Shown: piece after piece, positions 25,304 to 36,632 of the stretch
Layout: each line of letters begins with the position of its first letter
How positions within the stretch are numbered: position 1 is the stretch's first letter
NCBI GenBank assembly: GCA_964509645.1
Contig: CAZDXV010000002.1
Span: 1,934 to 65,933, forward strand
Direction of reading: 5' to 3'
Length of the DNA stretch: 64,000 nucleotides
Source: an uncultured Candidatus Saccharibacteria bacterium
GTDB taxonomy: Bacteria; Patescibacteriota; Minisyncoccia; Minisyncoccales; GWA2-38-27
Position numbers and translations under genes: made by a program
Notes under the pieces: model-generated
The model's input: the letters and a program-made list of their open reading frames with translations, nothing else
The model's database searches: none
What the model was told of the DNA's origin: nothing

Positions 25304-26920
25304 ATGACAGGAATATCTCCCAAAACAAAAGAACTTATAGAGAATTATCAAAAATGGTATCAATCTCAGAAACCAAAAGAAGGAACAGCTACCATTCACG
25401 TAGATGAGGTTGCTTCAAGGGTTGCAGCTTTTTATGAAAAATTAAGAGGAATAATTGACTGGAAAGAAGAGCATCTTTTAAGGAAAAGAGCCATCGAAAG
25501 AATTTTAAAAAGAAGGTTTTTTTCAGGAGTTGATGTTGCCAATAGAAACTTGTCAGCTAAGGAAATAGCAAGACCTTTGGTGCTAGAGTTGATTAGAGGA
25601 GGACATTTTCCAAACGACAGAATAGAAGAATACAAAATATCCCATGTACAAGAGACTATAAATAAATATGTTTTTATACTCAACTACAGTTCTAAAAAAG
25701 ACAAATCAAAAATTCAGCTTTACAACTGGCTCTGTTCTATTGCGGCCTGCGAGATAGAAGAAATACTCACTCCCCCATCTAAAGAAAGAGCTCTGATAGA
25801 TTTTATGTTCCGCTCTGTAAAAGAAAAAATAAATGTAAGCAACGACGTTTTAAAAAGAGAAGTATCAGAGAAAGAAAGCAGCATCCAAGCCTACATCGCA
25901 GTTCAAAAAGCTCTTTTTAAGCTAGATAGTCCTGTTATAAGCTATCATTTAATAAAGTACAGGTATCCGGAATGGAAAACCCTCTCCAAGGATAAATTGA
26001 AAGAGGCAGCAGATAATATATATTCTTTATGGGCAGATATTGAAAATGAATTAAATCATCCTTTGTCAGACAAGTTCTACAAAATAGCAGAAAAATACGA
26101 TACTCCTTACCTTCTTTTGGGCGACGTTCTTTTAGAAAACCCGAATAAAGGAGAAGAAAAATTTAAGAATCCAGAGAAGCTAGAAAGCGCCGTAAGAAAA
26201 GCCTACAATACCAGAGTTAAAACCTTAAAATCAAGGCTGGGAAGAGCTGCTTTTTATTCCACTCTCTCCATTTTCTTAACCAATATAGTATCCCTTTTAG
26301 CTGTTGAAATACCAGCGACAAAACTACTTACGGGGAGTTTTAACCTTTGGGCTATAGGGGTAGATATTCTAGGCCCCACTGTTTTAATGCTTCTTTTAGT
26401 GATAACCATAAAACCCCCAAAAAGAGAAAATTTTAATCAAGTTATACTGGAGGTAATGAAAATAATTTATCCGAAAGAAGAAAAGGAAACCTACGAGATA
26501 AAATCTTATCCCAAAAGAAGCCTTATTATCAACTTTATTGTAAGGTTTCTCTACACTCTGGGATTCACTATTGTAGTGGGCCTCATAATCTGGGGGCTTT
26601 ACCACGTCAACTTCCCTCCTCTCTCTTATGTTATTTTCATAATCTTCCTTTCTCTAATAGCTTTTGCCGGAGCAAAAATAAGGCAAAGAGCAAAAGAGCT
26701 CCAGGTCATAGAAGAGAAAGAGAGCTTTCTTCATTTCTTTTTCGACCCCTTTGCTGTTCCCATTATCCAACTGGGAAAATGGCTTACTGCCAGATGGAAA
26801 AGGTATAATATAATAGCCGCCTTTTTCTCAGCTTTAATAGATATGCCTTTCACTCTCTTCATTGAATTCATCGAACAATGGAGATACTTTTTAAAAGAAA
26901 GAAAAGAAAAAATACATTAA
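25304..26920 (+). CDS. Hypothetical protein: about 300-aa cytoplasmic helical domain plus multi-TM C-terminal half
   Basis: Long ORF starting 1 nt after the thrS stop. Several hydrophobic helices after residue ~315. No family recognised. Confidence 0.55.
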   Translation: MTGISPKTKELIENYQKWYQSQKPKEGTATIHVDEVASRVAAFYEKLRGIIDWKEEHLLRKRAIERILKRRFFSGVDVANRNLSAKEIARPLVLELIRGGHFPNDRIEEYKISHVQETINKYVFILNYSSKKDKSKIQLYNWLCSIAACEIEEILTPPSKERALIDFMFRSVKEKINVSNDVLKREVSEKESSIQAYIAVQKALFKLDSPVISYHLIKYRYPEWKTLSKDKLKEAADNIYSLWADIENELNHPLSDKFYKIAEKYDTPYLLLGDVLLENPNKGEEKFKNPEKLESAVRKAYNTRVKTLKSRLGRAAFYSTLSIFLTNIVSLLAVEIPATKLLTGSFNLWAIGVDILGPTVLMLLLVITIKPPKRENFNQVILEVMKIIYPKEEKETYEIKSYPKRSLIINFIVRFLYTLGFTIVVGLIIWGLYHVNFPPLSYVIFIIFLSLIAFAGAKIRQRAKELQVIEEKESFLHFFFDPFAVPIIQLGKWLTARWKRYNIIAAFFSALIDMPFTLFIEFIEQWRYFLKERKEKIH

Positions 26921-26921
26921 T

Positions 26922-27791
26922 ATGATTTACAAAACACTACTCCTCATAATATTAACAGTTTTTTTAATGGCCTCCCCGGCTCTTGCTGAACAAACGCTTG
27001 AAGAGGTAATTCAGGATACCGAGGTTACAGCTGAAAGCTTAAATATAAAAGATCCGGAAATCCTTCCTGACAGTCCTTTTTACTTTTTAAAAGAATGGGG
27101 TCGAAACATTCGTTCCTTTCTTACCTTTAATAATGTCGAAAAGCTTGAATTAAAAAACAGATTTGCCAACGAAAATCTTTTAGAGTTAAAAAAACTTGTT
27201 GAAAAAAACAGCAAAGAAGAGGTCCTACAGAAAACTATCCGCAGATACCAAGAAAGAATGGGAGATCTAGAAAAAGCAACTGAAGGAATAAAAAGCCAGG
27301 AAGCAGTGGATAGATTTCTAGACAAGTATACTAATCAGCAAATTCTCCACCAAAGAATATTGGAAAAATTAGAAAACCAGGTTCCAGAAAAAACTTTTCA
27401 AAAAATAGAGGAGGCAAGGCAAGAACATCTGGAAAGGTTTAAAAATGTCATGCTAAAGCTAGAAGACAAAGAAAAGATAGCCGAAAGAATTGCTGACTCC
27501 GTTAAAGAGCAAACTGGAAGTCAGTTTCAAGAATTCAAAAATCTGGAAATAATAGAAAGAATAAGAAAGAATATGCCGGGAGAAATTGAGGAAAAACTTC
27601 AGGAAAAAGAAAGGGAAATATTAGAAAGCCTTAAAAATAATCTGGAAAGCGCCACCCAGCAAGAACAAGAAAGATTCCAACAGTATATGAAAGAACAATT
27701 AAGAATAATGGATCAGATAGAGTCGCGAATCCAAGAGGGATCACGGCTCAGAAAAAGACTCCAAGAAGCAAAGGAAAAAATACCTTTTTAG
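26922..27791 (+). CDS. DUF5667-like secreted coiled-coil protein
   Basis: Signal peptide followed by PDSPFYFLKEWGRNIRSFLTF, typical of DUF5667. Glu/Lys/Gln-rich helical remainder. Confidence 0.6.
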   Translation: MIYKTLLLIILTVFLMASPALAEQTLEEVIQDTEVTAESLNIKDPEILPDSPFYFLKEWGRNIRSFLTFNNVEKLELKNRFANENLLELKKLVEKNSKEEVLQKTIRRYQERMGDLEKATEGIKSQEAVDRFLDKYTNQQILHQRILEKLENQVPEKTFQKIEEARQEHLERFKNVMLKLEDKEKIAERIADSVKEQTGSQFQEFKNLEIIERIRKNMPGEIEEKLQEKEREILESLKNNLESATQQEQERFQQYMKEQLRIMDQIESRIQEGSRLRKRLQEAKEKIPF

Positions 27792-27921
27792 GAGAACGAG
27801 AACATTATTTTCTATTTGCAAAAAAACAGCAAACCCTGCTCCAATAACAAACAGGAAAAAGATAATACGACAAAAAAACAGTCCTTGAAAGAGGCTGTTT
27901 TTTGTTATAGAATAAAGCCCT

Positions 27922-29172
27922 ATGAAGTACTGGATCAAAACCTTTGGGTGCCAAATGAACAAGTCAGATTCTGAAAGAATAAGTTCTGTTTTGAATAAAT
28001 CGGGGTACAAGCCTGTTCAAAAAATAGAAGAAGCTGATTTGGCCATAATCAATATGTGTTCTGTAAGACAATCCCCTGTGGACAGGGTCTACGGGCTAGT
28101 ACCAAAATTAAAAAACAAGCAGTCCCTTCTAACGGGTTGTGTTTTAAATAAGGATAAAAGAAAGCTTTCTAAGATCTTCGACTTTATTTTAGATATTGAA
28201 AGCCTGTCTAAGTGGCCTGAAATTATTACGGGAAAGAAAATAATCTCCGGAAAAGATATAATAAAAGTATCCAGCTATTTAAAGATAAGGCCATGCTACG
28301 ACAATAGGTTTTCAGCCAATATCCCAATAATGACAGGGTGTAATAACTACTGCTCTTACTGCGTTGTTCCTAGCACCAGGGGAGAGGAAATATCCCGGCC
28401 TGTTGAAGACATCGTTTCAGAAGCTCAAAATTTAGCAGAAAAAGGATATAAAGAAATATGGCTTTTGGGCCAAAACGTAAACTCATACAACAAGATACCT
28501 TTCGCGGATCTTTTAAGAAAAATAAATAACATACCGGGAAACTTCTGGATAAGATTTACCTCTTCAAATCCTAAAGACTTTTCAGAAAATACAATAAAAG
28601 CCATTAAAGATTCAAAAAAAATTACAGAATACCTTAATCTTCCGGCCCAGTCAGGAGACAATGAAATACTTAAAAAAATGAACAGACCCTATACCGTAGA
28701 AGAGTACAAAAAGATAATCAAGAAAACAAGAAAAGAAATACCAAATATTACTCTCTCCACAGACATTATCGTAGGTTTTCCAGGAGAAACAAAAGAGCAA
28801 TTCAAAAATACAGCAAAGCTTTTCAAAGAAATAGAATATGATATGGCCTATATCGCTAAATACTCACCCAGACCTCAGACTAAAGCCGCTCAAATGAAAG
28901 ATAACGTCCCTCAGAAAGAAAAGAACAGAAGAGAAAAAGTCCTTACAGACATTCTTAAAAAAACTGCTTTAAAAAATAATAAAGAATACATAGGAAAAGA
29001 GATAGATGTTTTGCTTAGCGCTAAAACAAAAGACGGATGGACAGGAAAAAGCAGAAAGTATAAAACAGTTAAGGTGTTTTCTAATAAAAACCTCTTGGGA
29101 GAGTTTGTAAAAGTAAAAATTACAGAAGCTTTTCCTTGGGGACTGAAAGGGGAAATAAAAAGCTATTCATAA
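27922..29172 (+). CDS. miaB: tRNA methylthiotransferase MiaB (radical SAM)
   Basis: UPF0004 N-domain KTFGCQMN...NMCSVR, radical-SAM motif GCNNYCSYCVVP and a C-terminal TRAM domain. Confidence 0.85.
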   Translation: MKYWIKTFGCQMNKSDSERISSVLNKSGYKPVQKIEEADLAIINMCSVRQSPVDRVYGLVPKLKNKQSLLTGCVLNKDKRKLSKIFDFILDIESLSKWPEIITGKKIISGKDIIKVSSYLKIRPCYDNRFSANIPIMTGCNNYCSYCVVPSTRGEEISRPVEDIVSEAQNLAEKGYKEIWLLGQNVNSYNKIPFADLLRKINNIPGNFWIRFTSSNPKDFSENTIKAIKDSKKITEYLNLPAQSGDNEILKKMNRPYTVEEYKKIIKKTRKEIPNITLSTDIIVGFPGETKEQFKNTAKLFKEIEYDMAYIAKYSPRPQTKAAQMKDNVPQKEKNRREKVLTDILKKTALKNNKEYIGKEIDVLLSAKTKDGWTGKSRKYKTVKVFSNKNLLGEFVKVKITEAFPWGLKGEIKSYS

Positions 29173-29225
29173 AAGAATGAAGAATCTTCGGTTTCTTCCA
29201 AGAAGCTATTAATTCATTTTTAAAA

Positions 29226-30119
29226 ATGGAAACTAAAAAAGCAATAGCAATAGTAGGCCCTACCGCTGCAGGCAAAACAAATCTCTCTATAAAACTGGCT
29301 AAAAAGTTTTCGGGAGAAGTGGTTTCAGCTGATTCAAGACAGGTTTACAGAGGAATGGATATTAGCACAGGAAAAATAACAAAAAAAGAAATGGACAATA
29401 TTCCCCACTACCTTTTAGATGTAGTCTCTCCTAAAAGAATATTTACTGTAGCTCAATATAAGAAAAAGGCTTTAAGAGCCATTGAAAATATTCACAAAAA
29501 GGGGAAAATCCCTTTCTTGGTCGGAGGAACAGCACTTTATCTTTATACTGTAATAGATAACATATCAATACCTGGCGTGAAACCTGACTGGAAGTTAAGG
29601 AAAAAACTCCAAAAAAAAACAAAAGAAGAGCTTTACAATCAATTAAAAAAGCTAGATCCCAGAAGGGCTCAAACCATAGAGAAAAACAACAAGAGAAGAT
29701 TAATAAGGGCTCTGGAGATAATTTTAAAAACAAAAAAACCCGTTCCCCCGCTTAAAAGCCAAAACTCAGATTTTGATTTTCTTATCCTGGGGATCAAGAA
29801 ATCAAAAGAAAAATTAGAGAAATTAATAAAAAAAAGATTAGAGAAAAGACTAAATCAAGGAATGATTGCAGAAGTTAAAAGATTAAAAAATTCAGGCGTT
29901 TCTTGGAAAAGACTGGAAAGTTTTGGATTGGAATGCAAACATATTGCAAAATATCTTCGGAATAAAATAACAGAAGAAGAAATGAAAGAAAAATTACAAA
30001 AAGAAGAAGAACACTTTGCCAAAAGGCAAATGACTTGGTTTAAAAAGGACAAAAGAATTCATTGGATAAAGAATCAGAAAGAAGCTGAAAAACTGATAAG
30101 AGATTTTCTTTGTCGTTGA
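29226..30119 (+). CDS. miaA: tRNA dimethylallyltransferase MiaA
   Basis: P-loop GPTAAGKT, SADSRQVYRGMDI and GGTALY motifs. Confidence 0.9.
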   Translation: METKKAIAIVGPTAAGKTNLSIKLAKKFSGEVVSADSRQVYRGMDISTGKITKKEMDNIPHYLLDVVSPKRIFTVAQYKKKALRAIENIHKKGKIPFLVGGTALYLYTVIDNISIPGVKPDWKLRKKLQKKTKEELYNQLKKLDPRRAQTIEKNNKRRLIRALEIILKTKKPVPPLKSQNSDFDFLILGIKKSKEKLEKLIKKRLEKRLNQGMIAEVKRLKNSGVSWKRLESFGLECKHIAKYLRNKITEEEMKEKLQKEEEHFAKRQMTWFKKDKRIHWIKNQKEAEKLIRDFLCR

Positions 30120-30130
30120 GAAAAAAACAA

Positions 30131-30161
30131 AAGCCACGTTGAAGTTGAATGTGGCTTTTTT
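30131..30161. terminator. Bidirectional terminator between miaA and gatB
   Basis: Stem aagccac/gtggctt, with T-tracts on both strands. Confidence 0.6.
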
Positions 30162-30170
30162 GTATTTCTA

Positions 30171-31622
30171 TTATTTTAAACTCTTTTTCAAAATCTCAAT
30201 AACGGTTTCTGGATTAGCTCTCCCTTTTGTAGCTGCCATTATCTGTCCTGCAAGAAACTGCAAAGCGTTTTCTTTTCCTTTTTTATAGTCTTCTGCGGCT
30301 TTTTCATTTTTTGAAATAACATCTTTTACAACATTCTCAATTTCTCCTGTGTCTTCAATTTGAGACAACCCTTTATCTTCTATAATGTGAGAGGGATCTG
30401 CGCCCGTCGAAAACATTTCCTTTAAAACCTTCTTTGCTATTTTGCTGGATATTTTTCCTTCAAATATTAAAACTATAAACTCAGCAAAGTTTTCAGGGGT
30501 AATCAGAAAATCCTCCTCTTCTACAGATTTTCCTTTTAAAAGACCTTGGAGATCTGTGAGAATATAATTTGAAGCAAGTTTTGCGATTTTATCATTCTCC
30601 AAAACATCTTTTTTTATTGTCTTAAGCCAGTTTTTAAGCTCAGATACCACCTGTTCAAAATACTCACTCAAGTTCTTATTAAAAACAAAAATCTCAATCT
30701 CTTCCTTCCCTAGTCCGTATTCTTCCTTAAACCTTTTCCTTTTGTTCTGAGGAAGCTCCGGGATATCAGCTTTTATCTCATTTAAAAACTCTTCTGAAAA
30801 TTCCAAAGCAGGAAGATCGGGCTCTGGAAAATACCTGTAATCATGCGCCTCTTCTTTGCTTCTTTGAGAAACTGTAATCTGTTTATTATCGTCCCAACCC
30901 CTTGTTTCTTGAATAATCTCTTTACCAGAATCTAATATTTCCTTTTGCCTCTCTACTTCATACTCAATAGCCTTTTCTACGGCCTTAAAAGAATTTAAGT
31001 TTTTAATTTCTACTTTAGTCCCCAGTTTCTCTCCTGATTTTAAGGAAATGTTTGCTTCAACTCTCATCTGTCCTTTTTCCATATCAGCTGAGGAAACATC
31101 TAGATATCTTGCTATCAAACGTAATTCTTCTGCAAACCTTCTTGTTTCTTGAGCCGAAGTTAAATCAGGCTCTGTAACAAGCTCCATCAAGGGAACGCCC
31201 GCTCTATTAAAATCAACCAAAGAATCTCCGCCGGAATGAATAAGCCTCCCCGTATCTTCTTCTAAGTGTATTCTAGTAATGTCTATTTTTCTTCCGTCAA
31301 CCTCTAAAAAACCTCCTTTGCATAAGGGAATATCGTACTGGGAAATCTGGTATCCCTTGGGAAGATCTGGATAAAAGTAGTTTTTCCTGTCAAACTTAGA
31401 AATTGAAGCTACGGAGCACCTTAAAGCATATCCTGTTTTGATTACCTTTTTAACGGCCTCTTTGTTTATAACAGGGAGAGAACCCGGCTGAGCAGTACAA
31501 ACAGGGCAAATATTAACATTGGGATTTTTCTCTTCAGAGTCGTTCTTGCAAGAGCAAAACATCTTAGAATTAGTATTTAGCTCTATGTGTATTTCTAGTC
31601 CTATAACTGTAGTGTATTTCAT
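30171..31622 (-). CDS. gatB: Asp/Glu-tRNA amidotransferase subunit B
   Basis: VIGLEIHIEL, NICPVC, HLEEDTGR, a C-terminal GatB_Yqey-like tail. Confidence 0.95.
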   Translation of the reverse strand: MKYTTVIGLEIHIELNTNSKMFCSCKNDSEEKNPNVNICPVCTAQPGSLPVINKEAVKKVIKTGYALRCSVASISKFDRKNYFYPDLPKGYQISQYDIPLCKGGFLEVDGRKIDITRIHLEEDTGRLIHSGGDSLVDFNRAGVPLMELVTEPDLTSAQETRRFAEELRLIARYLDVSSADMEKGQMRVEANISLKSGEKLGTKVEIKNLNSFKAVEKAIEYEVERQKEILDSGKEIIQETRGWDDNKQITVSQRSKEEAHDYRYFPEPDLPALEFSEEFLNEIKADIPELPQNKRKRFKEEYGLGKEEIEIFVFNKNLSEYFEQVVSELKNWLKTIKKDVLENDKIAKLASNYILTDLQGLLKGKSVEEEDFLITPENFAEFIVLIFEGKISSKIAKKVLKEMFSTGADPSHIIEDKGLSQIEDTGEIENVVKDVISKNEKAAEDYKKGKENALQFLAGQIMAATKGRANPETVIEILKKSLK

Positions 31623-31624
31623 AA

Positions 31625-32314
31625 TTAAACTTTTTTAGCAGAAAGTCCATCTTCTGAAACCTCAAAGTCATCAAATATTACAGGGACTCTTTTCTGAACA
31701 TCCTTTAAAAGATTAACCATTACTCTTCTTATCTCCCAGTGAGCCGCTGGCCCGCACCTCAAAGCAAAAATATGGCGCCATTCTCTGAAATTTGCCGTAA
31801 TAACAATCTGAGCCTTAATGCCTATGGGCAGAGTCTGTCTTGCATCTTGGGGAATCCATCCCTTTTCTCTTAAGCCCCTGTACATTTGCTCGTTTAAATC
31901 AACCCAATCCTGAAAAGAGACCGGCATACTATTTCCATCCGGAAGCTTTAAATCAACAAGTTTTTCGTCTTTTTCTTTGTCGGGGGGGATAACAACCTTA
32001 AATTTGCTTTCATCTACATATCTGGTAGATTCTTGGGTATAGGCCGCTAATCTATGGCGAACTAGCTCATGAGTAAATCCACGGCAAACATCATCAAACT
32101 CTACTGTCATACAAGAATGTTCCAAAACTGATTCATGTCCCCTTTTCCTAAGCATTTCCACAAACTTAGCTGCTGATTCGTGAGTAATTTTATCTCTGCT
32201 CTGATAGGCCGTTCTGCCCGCTACTTCAATTAGCTGAAGAGGATTCTCCCCCTCAGCTCCTGTCATAATAGATAATATTTTATGAATTCCTTTATTTTTT
32301 AAAATCTCTGCCAT
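31625..32314 (-). CDS. thyX: FAD-dependent thymidylate synthase ThyX
   Basis: ThyX signature RHRLAAYTQESTRY (RHRxxxxxS). Confidence 0.9.
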   Translation of the reverse strand: MAEILKNKGIHKILSIMTGAEGENPLQLIEVAGRTAYQSRDKITHESAAKFVEMLRKRGHESVLEHSCMTVEFDDVCRGFTHELVRHRLAAYTQESTRYVDESKFKVVIPPDKEKDEKLVDLKLPDGNSMPVSFQDWVDLNEQMYRGLREKGWIPQDARQTLPIGIKAQIVITANFREWRHIFALRCGPAAHWEIRRVMVNLLKDVQKRVPVIFDDFEVSEDGLSAKKV

Positions 32315-32316
32315 AA

Positions 32317-32934
32317 TTATTTTAAAAATTTTGAAGTTATAAGTTTCTTTACCTCTTCAAAAATATCTTCAATAGATTTTTCTCCGTCAATAGCTATAAC
32401 ATCATCAAACATCTTGGGAAATTTTTTGTAGTAGTTAAGGACCTTAGAAAGCTTTTTTTCTTTTTCAAATAAAGTTTTGTCTATGCCTCTTTTTTCTATC
32501 CTTTCGATACAAGTTTTGGCTGAAGCTATGAAAATTAAAGTAATGTCAGGAAGCAAAAAATCATTGTTTTTTTCTATTAAATTATTCAAATCCAGCCCCT
32601 CGGCTGCCCCATAAGCTAAAGTAGAGAAAAAATATCTATCTAAAAGAACATACTTTCCTTTTTTCAAAGCGGGGATCACAACTTTTTCAAGATTTTCCTT
32701 CCTATCTTGAATAAAAAGATCTTGAAGCTCTCCAGCTTCAACCTCTATTTCTTTCTCTAAAACTTTTTTTATTTTTTCCCCGGGTACAGTATAAGTAGTA
32801 GGCTCTTTTGAAATCAATACTTCAATCCCTCTTTTTGATAAAAAATCAGCTATTAACTCCAGCTGAGTGCTATGGCCCGAACCGTCCAATCCTTCTGAGA
32901 CTACAAACTTTCCGGGATAATTGTTTTTTATCAT
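32317..32934 (-). CDS. tmk: Thymidylate kinase with atypical P-loop (GSGHST)
   Basis: EGLDGSGHSTQ replaces the usual EGxDGxGK(S/T)T. The DRY motif (LLDRYFFS) is present. Confidence 0.8.
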   Translation of the reverse strand: MIKNNYPGKFVVSEGLDGSGHSTQLELIADFLSKRGIEVLISKEPTTYTVPGEKIKKVLEKEIEVEAGELQDLFIQDRKENLEKVVIPALKKGKYVLLDRYFFSTLAYGAAEGLDLNNLIEKNNDFLLPDITLIFIASAKTCIERIEKRGIDKTLFEKEKKLSKVLNYYKKFPKMFDDVIAIDGEKSIEDIFEEVKKLITSKFLK

Positions 32935-32939
32935 TTTTT

Positions 32940-33437
32940 TTATTGTTTACTGTATTCTTCTACGCTATTATCTACAACATCGAGCTTAACTCCTGCGCTT
33001 TTAAAAAGCTCCAAAGAAAGCTTGTCAGCATGATATCTTTTCTGAGCAACCACCCTCTTAATACCTACTCTTACTATTCTCATAGCGCAATTATAGCAAG
33101 GAACCATTTTACAGTAAATAGTAGCTCCCTTGATCCTTACACCATCTTTTGCGCACTGTAAAATAGCGTTTTCTTCGGCATGAAGAGTTCTTACACAGTG
33201 CTGAGATTTATTGCCTTTTTCATCAATTACAGTCTTCATCATATGGCCCACATCATCACAATGAGGCTGACCCGGAGGAGATCCGACATAGCCTGTAGCC
33301 AAAATAGTGTTCTCAGAACTTACGATAACAGCTCCGCTGCGACCCCTATCACAGGTAGCCCTCTTTCCTATGGGGTTGATTAAACTTAAAAAATACTCGT
33401 CCCAAGTAGGTCTTATATATTTTGAGTCTTTTTCCAT
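32940..33437 (-). CDS. dCMP deaminase (ComEB-type)
   Basis: Motifs HAEENAI and PCYNCA. I prefer the start at MEKDSKY (33437), which avoids overlap with rplK. Confidence 0.85.
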   Translation of the reverse strand: MEKDSKYIRPTWDEYFLSLINPIGKRATCDRGRSGAVIVSSENTILATGYVGSPPGQPHCDDVGHMMKTVIDEKGNKSQHCVRTLHAEENAILQCAKDGVRIKGATIYCKMVPCYNCAMRIVRVGIKRVVAQKRYHADKLSLELFKSAGVKLDVVDNSVEEYSKQ

Positions 33438-33450
33438 AATTAAAAGGGTA

Positions 33451-33873
33451 TTACTCAATAGTAATACCCATATTTTTAGCCGTTCCTTCAATTATTTTAA
33501 CTGCTTGGTTTAAATCATCTGTATTGAGATCAGGCATCTTTTTCTTGGCTATCTCTTCTAGCTGGGCGCGAGAAATCTTAGCTACCTTCTCTTTATTGGG
33601 AACCCCCGAGCCCTTTTCAATTCCTAAAACCTTCCTTAAAAGCTCTGAAGCTGGTGGCTGCTTTAATTCAAAACCATAGCTTCTATCTTCATAAACTGTA
33701 ATCTCTACAGGAATAACAAAACCTGACTGTTCTTTTGTAGCATCGTTGAATTTCTGACAGAATTCTGAAATATTTATTCCGTGGGGAGCTAAAGCAGGCC
33801 CTACTGGAGGAGCAGGCGTAGCTTTACCAGCTTCTATTTGAAGTTTCACAACAGATTTTACTTTCTTTGCCAT
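33451..33873 (-). CDS. rplK: 50S ribosomal protein L11
   Basis: [26 protein letters not shown] motif. Confidence 0.95.
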   Translation of the reverse strand: MAKKVKSVVKLQIEAGKATPAPPVGPALAPHGINISEFCQKFNDATKEQSGFVIPVEITVYEDRSYGFELKQPPASELLRKVLGIEKGSGVPNKEKVAKISRAQLEEIAKKKMPDLNTDDLNQAVKIIEGTAKNMGITIE

Positions 33874-33875
33874 AA

Positions 33876-34421
33876 TTAAAGTTTTTTAATTTGTAATGAA
33901 TCCAGCTCAACAGGAGTGTCCCTGCCAAACATATTAACTAGAACCTTAACTTTTCCTTTTTCTTCGTCAATCTCTGAAACCTTTCCGTCAAAATCTTTAA
34001 AGGGGCCGTCTGTTATCTTAACAGAATCCCCTATTTTAAACTCAATCTTGTGCTGAGGATCTTCAACGCCCATTCTCTTTTTAAGGCTATCTATTTCCTT
34101 TTGGGAGATAGGGACCGGAGTTGTGCCAACCCCAACAAAACCTGTAACATTCGGGGTATTTCTTACTATATACCAAGAATCGTCTGTTACCATCATTTCC
34201 ACCAAAACATATCCCGGATATATTTTTTCTTCTACCACTTTCCTCTTTCCGCTTTTTATCTTAATCTTTTTTTCTTTGGGAACTATAACATCGAATATCT
34301 TATCCTCCACTCCCAAAGACTCAACCCTTTGCTTTAGGTTTTTAGCCACTGCATCTTCATACCCTGAATAAGTATGTATAACGTACCAATTTCTCTCTTG
34401 GGGTAATTTTTGTTTTGGCAT
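33876..34421 (-). CDS. nusG: Transcription elongation factor NusG
   Basis: [14 protein letters not shown] start and KOW motif [18 protein letters not shown]. Confidence 0.95.
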   Translation of the reverse strand: MPKQKLPQERNWYVIHTYSGYEDAVAKNLKQRVESLGVEDKIFDVIVPKEKKIKIKSGKRKVVEEKIYPGYVLVEMMVTDDSWYIVRNTPNVTGFVGVGTTPVPISQKEIDSLKKRMGVEDPQHKIEFKIGDSVKITDGPFKDFDGKVSEIDEEKGKVKVLVNMFGRDTPVELDSLQIKKL

Positions 34422-34424
34422 AAA

Positions 34425-34619
34425 TTAAAGAATAAAAGCTTGCAAAATCCTAGCAAAGATAAAATCGAGTCCTCCGAGAAAGACTGCGATAGCCAAAGAA
34501 GACCCTATGACAACAAGGGTATATTTTATTGTTTCTTTTCTGCTGGGCCAATTAACTTTCTTTATTTCTAATTTTACTTCTTTCAGAAAAGGAACTATTT
34601 TTTTGAAAATGTTTTTCAT
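34425..34619 (-). CDS. secE: Preprotein translocase subunit SecE
   Basis: 64 aa with EVKLEIKKVNWPSRKET followed by a single TM helix. Lies upstream of nusG. Confidence 0.85.
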   Translation of the reverse strand: MKNIFKKIVPFLKEVKLEIKKVNWPSRKETIKYTLVVIGSSLAIAVFLGGLDFIFARILQAFIL

Positions 34620-34655
34620 TGTCTTTTAAAAAAGGCCTTTTTGGCCCCCAGTTAA

Positions 34656-34684
34656 ATATTAACTGAAGACCGGTTAAAAGTCAA
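34656..34684 (-). promoter_or_regulatory. Candidate secE-nusG-rplK promoter TTGACT-17-TAATAT
   Basis: Minus strand reads TTGACTtttaaccggtcttcagtTAATAT. A short GGCC/GGCC hairpin plus T-run lies downstream, so its role is ambiguous. Confidence 0.35.
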
Positions 34685-34685
34685 A

Positions 34686-36632
<1,947 letters not shown>

